From: Pirellulales bacterium
Lineage (GTDB): Bacteria > Planctomycetota > Planctomycetia > Pirellulales > UBA1268
Length of the DNA: 64,000 nt
NCBI GenBank assembly: GCA_044369655.1
Contig: JBILWX010000002.1
Span: forward strand, 8,047-72,046
Direction: 5' to 3'
The notes below the pieces were generated by a model. That model was not told the origin of the DNA. It did no database searches and was given only the letters and a program-made list of their open reading frames with translations. Below, in pieces: positions 44,297 through 54,258 of the stretch (position 1 is its first letter; each line of letters starts with the position of its first letter). The position numbers and the translations under genes are program-made.

Positions 44297-45880
44297 ATGA
44301 AATGCACTGGTCTTGCCCTTCGCGTCCTCGCTGCCTGCGCCCTCGTCGTCTGCAGCCTGCAGCGGTACGGCCTGGCCGAATCTCCGGCGACAGGGGATGC
44401 CGCCGCCGCGACCGGCCTGCCGGACCGAGGCGAGGGTGTCGAGGAGAAACTCGTCCAGACATTCCGCGACCGGAATGGCAGCCTCTTCGAGGGCTGGACG
44501 AAGCCTCGGGCCGTCGTGATCGTGACGGGTGAGTTGGACGGTTATATCGAGCCGTGCGGCTGTACCGGCAAGGAAAACCAGAAGGGTGGGCTGAGCCGCC
44601 GCCGCAATCTTCTCAAGGCGGTTGCCGCCGCCGGTTGGCCGCTGGTCACGGTCGATCTGGGAGGCCAGGTGAAGCGGTTTGGGCGACAGTCCGAGATCAA
44701 ATTCCAGTCGATCGCGGACGGCCTGCGGACCATGGGCTACACGGCCGTCGGTTTCGGGCCGGGCGACCTGCGGTTGCCCGCGGAGGAACTGGTGGCCGCG
44801 GTGGCGCCGGTCGGCGACCAGCCGACGCCGTTCGTGAGTGCCAACGTCGGCCTCCTCGGACTCGATGCCAACATCACCCCGCGATTTCGAATCGCGGAGG
44901 CGGGCGGCCTGAAGTTCGGCATCGTTTCGGTGCTCGGTGACGCGGAGGCGAAGCAGGTGCGCAACGACGCCATCGAGATCCTGCCGGCGCCGCAAGGGCT
45001 CGAGGCCGCGGCGGCCGAACTCAAGAAGGCAAACTGCGATCACCAGATCCTCCTTTCCTGGGCGTCTCCCGAGGAGACCAAAAGCCTGGCGGCCCGCTTC
45101 CCCCAGTTCGACATCGTCGCCACCGCCGGCGGCGCCGACGAACCCCCGGCGGAACTCCCGGTGCTGCCGGGCGGCGCCCGCCTGATCGAACTTGGCCACA
45201 AGGGGATGTTCGCGGTGGCCGTGGCATTCTTTGACGACTCTGCCAAGCCGCTGCGGTCACAACGGGTGCCACTCGACGCCCGCTGGGGAGAGGCGGAGGA
45301 CATGATCAAGCTGTTGGGGACCTACCAAAGCCAACTGGAGTCACTGGGCCTGACCGGGCTCGGAATCGCCGCGGTGCGTCACCCCAGCGGCCGGCGGTTC
45401 GCGGGCAGCGCCGCCTGCGCCGACTGCCACCAGCACGCATACGAGGTCTGGAAGGACACGCCCCACGCCACCGCACTGGCCACGCTGGAGGAGCAGAAGC
45501 CCCGCCGCGACGGCGACCCCGAGTGCCTCTCCTGCCATGTGGTCGGTTGGGCTCCCCAGCGGTTCGAACCGTTCGAGGGTGGCTTTGCCGGCATGAAGGT
45601 CACACCCCATCTGGCCCATCAGGGCTGTGAAAACTGCCACGGGCCGGCCGCGGCGCATGCCGCCGTCGAGCGAGGCGACGTGCGGGCAAGCGTCACGGAG
45701 CGGGACAGGCTCCGTGCCGAACTGGCGATGTCGCTCGCCACGCCGGAGGGGAAGCAGCGGGCCGTCAACAACTGCCTGGAGTGCCACGACCTCGACAACA
45801 GCCCGCAGTTCGACTTCGACACCTACTGGCCGCAGGTCGAGCATCCAACGCCGGCCGCAGAAAAGGCGAAGGCCGACTGA
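44297..45880 (+). CDS. Tetraheme c-type cytochrome fused to a degenerate 5'-nucleotidase (UshA)-like domain
   Basis: Signal peptide, GYIEPCGC..GGLSRR, FVSANV and four CxxCH motifs (CADCH, CLSCH, CENCH, CLECH). Confidence 0.85.
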   Translation: MKCTGLALRVLAACALVVCSLQRYGLAESPATGDAAAATGLPDRGEGVEEKLVQTFRDRNGSLFEGWTKPRAVVIVTGELDGYIEPCGCTGKENQKGGLSRRRNLLKAVAAAGWPLVTVDLGGQVKRFGRQSEIKFQSIADGLRTMGYTAVGFGPGDLRLPAEELVAAVAPVGDQPTPFVSANVGLLGLDANITPRFRIAEAGGLKFGIVSVLGDAEAKQVRNDAIEILPAPQGLEAAAAELKKANCDHQILLSWASPEETKSLAARFPQFDIVATAGGADEPPAELPVLPGGARLIELGHKGMFAVAVAFFDDSAKPLRSQRVPLDARWGEAEDMIKLLGTYQSQLESLGLTGLGIAAVRHPSGRRFAGSAACADCHQHAYEVWKDTPHATALATLEEQKPRRDGDPECLSCHVVGWAPQRFEPFEGGFAGMKVTPHLAHQGCENCHGPAAAHAAVERGDVRASVTERDRLRAELAMSLATPEGKQRAVNNCLECHDLDNSPQFDFDTYWPQVEHPTPAAEKAKAD

Positions 45881-45950
45881 ACACCAAGAGACGGTGCTCC
45901 GCCACGGTCGGCTGCGATCGGGAGTGACGGCTCGATCCCAACCCCAGATT

Positions 45951-45976
45951 CCCTGGCTGGCGCTGCGGGCTTGGAT
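45951..45976. repeat. REP-like intergenic repeat, copy 3
   Basis: ccctggctggcgctgcgggcttggat, followed by a second gcgggcttggatg. Lies between convergent genes. Confidence 0.75.
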
Positions 45977-46028
45977 GGCAGCGGGCTTGGATGACGGGGA
46001 TCACGCGTCGCCACGCAGGGCCGCCCGC

Positions 46029-46778
46029 CTACCCCAGCTGGGCCAGCGCTTCGTCGGGGATGTTGAAGTTGGCGGCCACGCTCTGCACGTCGTCGTGGTC
46101 GTCGAGTCGCTCCACCAGATCGAGCACCTTGCGGGCCGTATCGACGTCGTCCACGTCGACCGAGTTGGTCGGCACCCGCACGATCTCGTTCGACTCCACC
46201 TGCAGGCCGCCCTTCTGCACCGCCTCGATCACGGCCGCCATCGCCTGCGGCTCGCACGTCACCTCCCAGCGTTCCCCCACGAGCTTCACGTCGCTGGCGC
46301 CGGCCTCGAGGGTCAGTTCCATCAGCTGGTCCTCGCTGCAGGAGGACTGCGGCACACGGACGACCCCCAATCGCTGGAAGAGGTAGGCAACACAGCCGGT
46401 GCCGCCGAGCTTGCCGTCGCACATTTCGAAGATCTTGCGGATCTCCGGAGCCGTGCGGTTCTTGTTGTCGGTGAGGATCTCGCACATCACCGCCACGCCG
46501 CCGGCGGCATAGCCCTCGTACATCGACTCCTCGAGATTGCCCCCCTTGAGTTCCCCCGTGCCGGTGCGAATGGCTCGCTGGATGTTGTCCTTTGGCATGC
46601 TGACGGCCTTCGCCGCGTCGATCGCATACCGGAGCCGCAGGTTGGCATCGGGATCGGCGCCGCCGTGCTTCGCCGCCACGATGATCGCCTTGGCGAGCTT
46701 GCTCCACAGCTTGCCTCGCTTGGCGTCGATCACCGATTTCTTGCGGGCGATGTTCGCCCAGTGGGAATGTCCTGCCAT
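46029..46778 (-). CDS. yebC: YebC/PmpR family protein
   Basis: MAGHSHWANI, MPKDNI, YEGY, TDNKNRT and DHDDVQSV. Confidence 0.95.
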   Translation of the reverse strand: MAGHSHWANIARKKSVIDAKRGKLWSKLAKAIIVAAKHGGADPDANLRLRYAIDAAKAVSMPKDNIQRAIRTGTGELKGGNLEESMYEGYAAGGVAVMCEILTDNKNRTAPEIRKIFEMCDGKLGGTGCVAYLFQRLGVVRVPQSSCSEDQLMELTLEAGASDVKLVGERWEVTCEPQAMAAVIEAVQKGGLQVESNEIVRVPTNSVDVDDVDTARKVLDLVERLDDHDDVQSVAANFNIPDEALAQLG

Positions 46779-46835
46779 GGCTCTCTCGGCTCGTCTTCTT
46801 GGCTCGTCTTCCTGCGGGTGATCAAAGGGAATCGG

Positions 46836-48005
46836 TCAGCGTGGCTTCCTTTTTGCCAACTGTGCGGAATGGCTTTTGCGGACGTCGGCCTTTGCCGGTG
46901 GCTTGGCCTTCTGCTTGGCGTCGGTCGCCTGAGGCTTCTTCGCGGCCGCGGGCTTTGCAGCCGGCTCGGGCTTCTTGCCCGGCTTGGCCGGCCCCGGCTT
47001 GGCGGCGGAGGGCTTGGCATCAGCCGCCGGCTGCGCCAGTTGCGGCTTGATAGTGATGGGTTTGCCGACGTTGGGCTTCACCACGAACGGCTTGGGCCCC
47101 GTCTTGCCGCCGGCCTTCGGCCCTCCATCGGCGGCCCGCTTGGGGCCGGCGCCGGGAGGCGGCAACGGGGTCTTGCCCGCGGGCCTGGACGCCGCCTGCG
47201 GCCCGGCAGGACGATGCTCCTCGGCCGCCGTCTGCGCCGCCTCGGCGGCCCGACGGCCCTCCTTGCCGGCGGCTGGAGCAGGGGGGGTGGGCGGAGGCAG
47301 GGGCTCGCCACGCTTCGGGAACCGCTCCTTGAGGGCCTCGGGGTTCACGCCCTGCAGAATCTTTTTCACGGTCGGCCCGTGGAGGCTGCCCACGATCTCG
47401 GCACCAAACTGATGCAGCAGCGAGTTGAACTCGAGCCCCGCCTTCTTGGCGATGAACCGTTCGAGCCCCGCCACCTTCCCGGCGTCGAATTCCTCACGCG
47501 AAATGATGCCTGCGAGATACAGGCCCGAGAGCGCCCCGAGATCGAGCGGAACCATATGCCCACCGAGTGCCGTCGCAGCGACATGGTGCACCACGAAGGG
47601 CGGAATGCCGTGGATGTGCTCGAGTGTCTTGATGCCGTGAGCGATCGAATGCTTCTTGGCATGCTCGAGCGAAAAGCTGTAGGTCGACTCGAACACTCCC
47701 TGCAGCACCCGCCGCAGTGCCAACGCCGCTCGGGCCGGATCAGGCAGACCATCCAGTGTTTCCGCCAGTTCGGCCACCGTCGTCACACGAATTTCATTGA
47801 GGTCGAAGTAGCTCTCGACGAGCCGTGAAAATGCCTTCTCTGCCTGGTCGTGGCGGCAATTCTCCAGACAGCAGGCGAACAGCACCTGCTCGAGCATCGA
47901 GCGGCCGGTATTGGCAACCACGGGCTTGTAGTGCCCCTTGAGCACCTTGTGGAGCTTGGCGATGAGTTGCTTCCGATTCGACTGGGGCTGCTTCGCTGCT
48001 GTCAT
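46836..48005 (-). CDS. EndoIII/HhH-GPD-like protein with Lys/Pro/Ala-rich C-terminal tail
   Basis: YFDLNEIRV, FSLE, HhH-like LEHIHGI and VPLD, then ~160 aa of K/P/A-rich tail. ATGA overlap with the rbfA stop. Confidence 0.7.
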   Translation of the reverse strand: MTAAKQPQSNRKQLIAKLHKVLKGHYKPVVANTGRSMLEQVLFACCLENCRHDQAEKAFSRLVESYFDLNEIRVTTVAELAETLDGLPDPARAALALRRVLQGVFESTYSFSLEHAKKHSIAHGIKTLEHIHGIPPFVVHHVAATALGGHMVPLDLGALSGLYLAGIISREEFDAGKVAGLERFIAKKAGLEFNSLLHQFGAEIVGSLHGPTVKKILQGVNPEALKERFPKRGEPLPPPTPPAPAAGKEGRRAAEAAQTAAEEHRPAGPQAASRPAGKTPLPPPGAGPKRAADGGPKAGGKTGPKPFVVKPNVGKPITIKPQLAQPAADAKPSAAKPGPAKPGKKPEPAAKPAAAKKPQATDAKQKAKPPAKADVRKSHSAQLAKRKPR

Positions 48006-48463
48006 GCATGCTCCTCTGGATGTTCCATGTCACCTTCGCCCACTCGCTCTTCCGGTGCGGCCGCCGCCGCATCCGCGGCTGCCGGTCCCGCTGATGATTC
48101 CGTGGCTGCCTCGACAGAAGACTTGGGCAGCACCTCGCTGAGCACGCGGGCGATCTCGATCGATTTTTTCACGCCACTGTCGAGCTTGAATTTCAGCTTG
48201 GGCGTGTAGCGGGTGTCGATGCGTTCGGCGACCTGCGATTGGAGAAAGCCGGCAGAACTCGCCAATCCTCGCAGTGCGAGTTCTTCCTTGGCAGGGCTGC
48301 CCATCACCGACACGTGCACCGTGGCCGCCCGCATGTCGGGATCCATCTCGACCCCGGTGACGGTGACATCCTTCACCCGCGGATCACGCACCTGCGTGAG
48401 AATGGCCATGCTGACCACCTCCCGCACCGCCTCGGCAGCCTTGAGAAGTCGTCGCGTGCTCAC
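48002..48463 (-). CDS. rbfA: Ribosome-binding factor A
   Basis: VRDPRV, VTVTGVEM and RYTPKLKFKLD. GTG start overlaps the infB stop. Confidence 0.93.
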   Translation of the reverse strand: MSTRRLLKAAEAVREVVSMAILTQVRDPRVKDVTVTGVEMDPDMRAATVHVSVMGSPAKEELALRGLASSAGFLQSQVAERIDTRYTPKLKFKLDSGVKKSIEIARVLSEVLPKSSVEAATESSAGPAAADAAAAAPEERVGEGDMEHPEEHA

Positions 48464-51102
48464 GACAGCGTCCGTGCGACTTCCTCGACGCGGTAGCACT
48501 CGAGGATGTCGCCCTCCTTGATGTCGTTGAAACCGGCCAGCTTGATGCCGCACTCCAGACCGTCGCGAACCTCACGTGCGTCGTCCTTCTCCCGCTTCAG
48601 CGATTCGATGCCGTAGTCGCCGACAATGCGACTGTCGCGAATGATCCGGAGCCGGCCATTTCGGGCGATGATTCCCGCAATGACCCGGCAGCCGGCGATG
48701 ACGCCGATCCGGCTGATCGAGAAGGTCCGCTGCACCACGGCCCGGCCGAGCGTGGCCTCCCGTTTTTCCGGAGCGAGCATCCCCTCGAGGGCCTTCCGCA
48801 GGTCGTCGGTCACCTGGTAGATGATTTCGTAGCGCCGCACCTGCACGCCCAGGTCCTCGGCCAGCGAGCGGGCCCGCTCGTCGGGCACCACGTTGAAGCC
48901 GATGATCACCGCATCGGAGGCATCGGCGAGTTGCACGTCGGCCTCGGTCACGCCTCCGACCGTCGCCTGCAACACCCTGATCTTCACTTCGGGGTGCTCG
49001 AGCTTCTGCAGTTCCTTCAGGATCGCCTCGATCGAGCCGCGGACATCGGCCCGGAGAATGAGATTCAGCGTGGGCGCCTTCTGGGTACCGAGACGGTCCA
49101 GCAGGTTTTCGAACGTCACGTGCACGGGGGCGCTGACGAGCGTGCTGTGGCGGCTGATGCTCGTGCGTTTGACAGCCACCTCGCGGGCCAAGGCAATGGA
49201 GTCGACCACCTGGAACCGGTCGCCGGGGCCGGGAGCCACGTCGAGTCCGCTGACGAACACCGGCACCGAAGGCCCGGCTTCGGAGACCTTGCGACGCAGG
49301 AGCGTGTCATGCATCGACTTGACGTGTCCACTGGCCTCGCCACAGACGACCGCATCGCCGACCTTCAGCGTGCCCTTTTGCACAAGCAGGCAGGCGACCA
49401 CGCCACGCCCCTCGTGAATGGATGCATCGAGGCAGACGCCGGCGGCGGAGCGGCCGGGGTTGGCCCGCAGATCGTGCAATTCGGCGATGGTGAGCAGCGT
49501 GTCGAGCAGCTCGTCCATGCCGGCACCGGTGACGGCACTCGTCTTCACGACCTCCGTTTCACCGCCCCACTCCGTCGGCAGCAGCTCGTTCGCCGCCAGT
49601 TGCTGGTAGATCCGCTGCACGTCGGCGCCGGGAAGGTCGATCTTGTTGATGCACACGACGATCGGCACGTTGGCCGCCCGTGCGTGGCTGATCGCTTCCT
49701 CCGTCTGCGGCATCACGCCGTCGTCGGCAGCCACCACGATGACCGCACAGTCGGTGACGTTTGCTCCACGGGCCCGCATCTGCGTGAATGCTTCGTGGCC
49801 AGGCGTGTCGACGAAGGTGATCGGGTGGCCGTTTCGCTGCACGGTGTAGGCCCGCATGTGCTGCGTGATGCCACCACTCTCGCGGGAGGCGACATTGATG
49901 CCCAAAATCCGATCGAGCAACGACGTCTTGCCATGGTCGACGTGGCCAAGAAACGTCACCACCGGCGCCCGCGACACCCTCAACGCAGGGTCCTCATCCA
50001 CCGCATCGAACCCGGCCAGCAGTTCCTTCTCGAGATCCTCGGCCGTTTTCACGTCGAGCTGCACGCCGATTTCCGCGGCCAACAGTTCGACCGTGTCGCG
50101 ATCGAGCATCGACGCCATGTTCGGCATCGACGCCATGCCGAACGCGAGCAGTTTCTTCAGAACATCGCTGGCAGACAGGCCGATCGCCTCGGAGAACGCC
50201 CTGACGGTGCAGGGCACCTGAATGGTGGCGTTCGTTTTTCGCGGCGCCGCGGTCGACACGGTCGCCCCGCGCCGTGGCCTGGCTCCGCGGCGGCGACGGC
50301 CACCGAGCTCGTCGTCGTCGCCACGAGGCTCCGAGACGCGCTTGCGGTTCAGTTGCCGTAATTCGCGACCGCCAAGCAGGTCGTCCTTGCCGGTATGCGG
50401 CTTGACGGGGGTGCGACGGGAGCGGCCGCCCGGCTCCACCGGGGGTGGCGCCACGCCCGCTCCGCCGGCCACCCCACCACGCAGACCGAGACCGCCACCA
50501 GGCCGCGGCCGCGGCGTTTCGGCCTGCCGCTGCTCGTGCTTCCGCATGTGCTCCGCCAACGGCTTGGCGCCACCGGCTTTCGCACTCCGGATAGCGTCGA
50601 GCGGCAGTTTGACGTCCGGTTTTTGCGCCATGGGCTCCTGCGACACCCGCTGTACCGGCGGCCGCGCCGCAGCAGGCAGTGGCGGAAGCTTGAACGCAGG
50701 CTTGGGGACCGGTTTGCTGCCGTCGCCAGATGGCCTCAGCCCCGCCGGCCTGGGCCGCGGCTCTGCCGTCGGCTTCGCGGGCGGCATTTCGGCCGGTTTG
50801 CCACGCGAGGCCACGCCCGCAGGGGCGATGTAGTCCTCTCGTTTGAGCGTGCCAGAGGCCCGCGGAGCGACGGGCTGAATGGGCTTCGGCGGCGCCTGAG
50901 CAGGGGCAGGGCCTGCCGCCGCAGGCCGTTCAGCCGGCCGCGATTTCCCGGCGATGAACTCCTTGAGCTTGGCGACTTCCTCGTCGGTCATGCTCGCCAG
51001 TGCCGATCCCTTGTCCTGGATGCCGGCGCGCGTGCACAAATCGACCAGCTCCTTGCTGTCGATCTTCAGTTCTTTCGAGAGTGTGTAGATGCGAACCGCC
51101 AC
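48460..51102 (-). CDS. infB: Translation initiation factor IF-2
   Basis: [30 protein letters not shown] and GLECGI. GTG start (VAVRIY) at 51102. Confidence 0.97.
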   Translation of the reverse strand: MAVRIYTLSKELKIDSKELVDLCTRAGIQDKGSALASMTDEEVAKLKEFIAGKSRPAERPAAAGPAPAQAPPKPIQPVAPRASGTLKREDYIAPAGVASRGKPAEMPPAKPTAEPRPRPAGLRPSGDGSKPVPKPAFKLPPLPAAARPPVQRVSQEPMAQKPDVKLPLDAIRSAKAGGAKPLAEHMRKHEQRQAETPRPRPGGGLGLRGGVAGGAGVAPPPVEPGGRSRRTPVKPHTGKDDLLGGRELRQLNRKRVSEPRGDDDELGGRRRRGARPRRGATVSTAAPRKTNATIQVPCTVRAFSEAIGLSASDVLKKLLAFGMASMPNMASMLDRDTVELLAAEIGVQLDVKTAEDLEKELLAGFDAVDEDPALRVSRAPVVTFLGHVDHGKTSLLDRILGINVASRESGGITQHMRAYTVQRNGHPITFVDTPGHEAFTQMRARGANVTDCAVIVVAADDGVMPQTEEAISHARAANVPIVVCINKIDLPGADVQRIYQQLAANELLPTEWGGETEVVKTSAVTGAGMDELLDTLLTIAELHDLRANPGRSAAGVCLDASIHEGRGVVACLLVQKGTLKVGDAVVCGEASGHVKSMHDTLLRRKVSEAGPSVPVFVSGLDVAPGPGDRFQVVDSIALAREVAVKRTSISRHSTLVSAPVHVTFENLLDRLGTQKAPTLNLILRADVRGSIEAILKELQKLEHPEVKIRVLQATVGGVTEADVQLADASDAVIIGFNVVPDERARSLAEDLGVQVRRYEIIYQVTDDLRKALEGMLAPEKREATLGRAVVQRTFSISRIGVIAGCRVIAGIIARNGRLRIIRDSRIVGDYGIESLKREKDDAREVRDGLECGIKLAGFNDIKEGDILECYRVEEVARTLS

Positions 51103-51192
51103 GCAAACGCCTCCGCGCCGGAATGCCCCGGCCACCAGCCCTCAGATCCAATTCCAACACCAGCCCGAACGACCGATCCCCGCCTCCGCCGA

Positions 51193-52491
51193 TCACGATT
51201 CCGTCGGTGGCACCGCCTCCGCTGCCGCCGCCTGATCGCCGGCATCCGCCACGAGCGCCGCCTCGGCCGCATCGGCATCCGCCGTGGCCTTCGCGATGCG
51301 TTCTTGCTCCCGCTGCTTCCGCCGCTCGTCGGCCGCCGCCACCTCCGCCATCGACGCACGGCTCTCCGCCTCGGCCACGATCTTGTCCACCGCCTCCGCC
51401 GACAGACCGCCCATTTCCATGAGATCTTCGGGCTCGATCACCGACAGATCGTCGTAGGAAAGGAAACCCTCGCCCACCAACCGTTCGGCCACCGACTCAT
51501 CCAGCCCCTCGATCGAGGAGAAGCCGCTGACGGCCCGCTCGATCTGCTGATCGAGTTCCTCACGAGTCATGATCTCGATGTCCCAGCCGCAGAGCTTGCT
51601 GGCCAGTCGCACATTTTGCCCGCGCCGGCCGATGGCCAGCGACAGCTGATCCTCACGGACGAGCACGATTCCGCGGCCGAGCATCTGACAGAGGATCACC
51701 TCGTCCACCTCGGCCGGCTGCAGGGCGTTGGGGACGAGCACCTGCAGGTCCTCGCTCCACCGCACGATGTCGATCCGCTCTCCGCCGAGCTCCTCGACGA
51801 TGTTCTTGATCCTGTTGCCTCGCACGCCCACGCAGGCACCGACGCAGTCGATACGGTTGTCGGAACTGATCACGGCCACCTTGCTGCGGTAGCCAGGCTC
51901 GCGGGAAATCGCCCGAATTTCGATGACGCCGTCGGCAATTTCGGGAATCTCCTGCTCGAACAGCCGTTGCACCAACTGGGGACGGATTCGCGACAGGATG
52001 ATCTTCACGCGGCTGCCGACCTTCCGGACCTCGAAGATCGTCGCCCGGATCCGCTCGTTGGCGTGGTAGCTCTCACCGGGAATCTGTTCGCTTCGCGGCA
52101 GGATGGCCTCCGTCGCCCCCAACGACACCGAGGCCGTGGCGCCTTCGACCCGCGTCACCATCCCAGAAACCATCTGGCCGACCTGCTCCTCGAATTCGTC
52201 GTGGATCGCATCCCGTTCCGCCTCACGAATCTTCTGGATGATCACCTGCTTGGCGGTCTGCGCACCGATCCGGCCCGAGAGTTCGGCCGTGTCGATCTCG
52301 GCGCCGTCGTGCGTGCCGGTGAGACGGCCGTTGGACCGGTCGATCGCAATGGTGATCTGCGACTGTTCGCCATACTGCCTCGACAGAGCGGTGACGAGCG
52401 CCGCCTCGATCGCCTGAAAGACGACCTCCTTGTCGATGTTTTTGTCGCGATGGATGGCGTCGACGATTCGCAGGATTTCTTCAGGCTTCAT
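51193..52491 (-). CDS. nusA: Transcription termination/antitermination factor NusA
   Basis: [28 protein letters not shown] and [12 protein letters not shown]. Start ATG 52491. Confidence 0.97.
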   Translation of the reverse strand: MKPEEILRIVDAIHRDKNIDKEVVFQAIEAALVTALSRQYGEQSQITIAIDRSNGRLTGTHDGAEIDTAELSGRIGAQTAKQVIIQKIREAERDAIHDEFEEQVGQMVSGMVTRVEGATASVSLGATEAILPRSEQIPGESYHANERIRATIFEVRKVGSRVKIILSRIRPQLVQRLFEQEIPEIADGVIEIRAISREPGYRSKVAVISSDNRIDCVGACVGVRGNRIKNIVEELGGERIDIVRWSEDLQVLVPNALQPAEVDEVILCQMLGRGIVLVREDQLSLAIGRRGQNVRLASKLCGWDIEIMTREELDQQIERAVSGFSSIEGLDESVAERLVGEGFLSYDDLSVIEPEDLMEMGGLSAEAVDKIVAEAESRASMAEVAAADERRKQREQERIAKATADADAAEAALVADAGDQAAAAEAVPPTES

Positions 52492-52821
52492 GGATTTCTC
52501 GAACGATCGCTCGGGCGTGTGGCTTGCGACGCTGTCAAGGCAACCCGCCGGGCAGCGGCGGTCCGGCGATGCGTGACGCGCACCATTCCGCGGAAGCGGT
52601 TTGGCTGCCCACCATCCGGCCCGGCCCTCAGCCTGGCAAGTCACCGTCATGTCGAGAGATGGCATAGCCAGCCGGCTGGCAGATGCCGCACTGCCGGCAA
52701 AGACGACGCCATGGGACATGGGCGCCGAAACACCCGATGGTGTTCGGAAAAGAATCCGCGATACCAGCAGCCTCTGAGACGTGACGCAACCCGTGAAAGG
52801 TACGGCACCTGCGAAAAACTG

Positions 52822-54180
52822 TCAAGAAGGCAGGCTCCGGATCACGACCGATCCGGCCTGCCCCTGCGGGGTGACCGCCGAGGAAATGAAGATGTTTCCG
52901 GAGGGATCGCCACGGCGGGCGGGCCGGATCCTGCAGTCCGGGTCTGGCTCCGAGAAATTGAGCAGGGGGAAGAGCTCCCCGTGACGCAGAGCCAGCAGGC
53001 TGGCCACGCATTCGACCAGACCGCTCCCCCCCCCGAGGTTGCCGAAGTGGCTCTTGGCCGCCACCGTGGGGATCCTTTCCGCGTCAGTGCCAAGCACGTC
53101 GGAGAGCGCCAGAGCCTCCTCGCGATCGCCCACCACCGTACTGGCGCCGTGGGCGTGGACATGGGAGAGTTCGGCCGGCGAAACGCCGGCCATCGCCAAC
53201 GCTCGCCGCATGGCCAAGGCCAAGGCCTTCTGCTTCAGTCCGACCCCACCGGCCGAACCCGCGTTGCGGGCGGCCTGCCCGATGATCTCACCGTGGATCG
53301 TGGCCCCGCGGGCCCGGGCATGCTCCAACTCCTCCAGGATCAGGACAGCCGCCCCCTCACCGAGCACCATCCCCCGTCGCGACTTGTCGAAGGGACGGCT
53401 CCACTGGGCCGGATCGCTGCCGCCTGGGACATCTCCCGCGGCCGGCTCCAACGCCACCTGCTCGCTCTGCAGGGCGTGCACCGTCTTCATGGGGTGCACC
53501 CGCGTGCCGGTGGCTCCCGCGACCATGATGTCGGCAGCGCCGCGTTGGATCGTCACGGTCGCCTCACCGAGCGCGAGGTGGCCGCTCGCCTCTCGGAGCG
53601 TCAGCGAATTGCTGGGGCCACGCAGGTCGTTGTAGATGGCGATATGGCTGGCCGGCATGTTGGGCAGGTATTTGAGCAGCCAGAGGGGCGTCAACTGCGG
53701 CATGCCCTCGGAGGCCCAGCGATCGAACTCAAACCTGCCATCCGCACCCCGGCACTTGGCGACGCTGGCGGTGAAATCCTCAGGCAGCGTGAGCATGTAG
53801 TCGGAGCCGAAGACGCACCCAAACCGCTCAGGCGGTACGCTCTCCGGCTTCGTTTCCGGGGAGAACAAGCCGCTGTGGTGAAGCGCCCGCTGGGCGGCCG
53901 CCACCGCCATCTGGCTCTCCCGACACATCACCTTGAGTCCCTTGCGAATCGCCTTCTTGCGTTCGCCATCGAGCGGCCCGAAGTTGTCGATGTCGCCCGT
54001 GAACGCGCGGGCTTCGGCGGCATGATGGAGCGGCAGTCCCGCACTGGAAAACGAAGCCAGCGGACCAACGCCACTGCGGCCCCCGAGCAAGCCGGTCCAG
54101 AGATCCTCGAGCGTGAGGCCGAGCGGACAGACGACTCCCATTCCCGTGATCACAACGCGGCGGTCTGGAGCGGCACTCAT
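52822..54180 (-). CDS. FabF/FabB-like ketosynthase homolog lacking the catalytic Cys (CLF/KS-beta-like)
   Basis: RRVVITGMG and KS fold motifs. GPSNSLTLREAS has Glu at the Cys position, HAHG is kept, and KSHFGN has Asn for the second His. Confidence 0.88.
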   Translation of the reverse strand: MSAAPDRRVVITGMGVVCPLGLTLEDLWTGLLGGRSGVGPLASFSSAGLPLHHAAEARAFTGDIDNFGPLDGERKKAIRKGLKVMCRESQMAVAAAQRALHHSGLFSPETKPESVPPERFGCVFGSDYMLTLPEDFTASVAKCRGADGRFEFDRWASEGMPQLTPLWLLKYLPNMPASHIAIYNDLRGPSNSLTLREASGHLALGEATVTIQRGAADIMVAGATGTRVHPMKTVHALQSEQVALEPAAGDVPGGSDPAQWSRPFDKSRRGMVLGEGAAVLILEELEHARARGATIHGEIIGQAARNAGSAGGVGLKQKALALAMRRALAMAGVSPAELSHVHAHGASTVVGDREEALALSDVLGTDAERIPTVAAKSHFGNLGGGSGLVECVASLLALRHGELFPLLNFSEPDPDCRIRPARRGDPSGNIFISSAVTPQGQAGSVVIRSLPS

Positions 54181-54258
54181 GAAATCCTTCCTGCGGGTTG
54201 ATTCGATAGGTCCATCGGCATCGAGCCGGTCGCGATCCGAACGGCGTCCGAGGCGGCA

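Noticed and set aside
44530-44570. Selenocysteine recoding in the cytochrome CGC motif
   Set aside because: The codons are TGC-GGC-TGT and the frame has no in-frame TGA.
50395-54201. 1268-aa + strand ORF, and similar long antisense ORFs (15451-17616, 21111-23246, 23243-25705, 45627-47828)
   Set aside because: Shadow frames opposite well-supported genes. High GC3 suppresses stops on the antisense strand, and the translations show no motifs.
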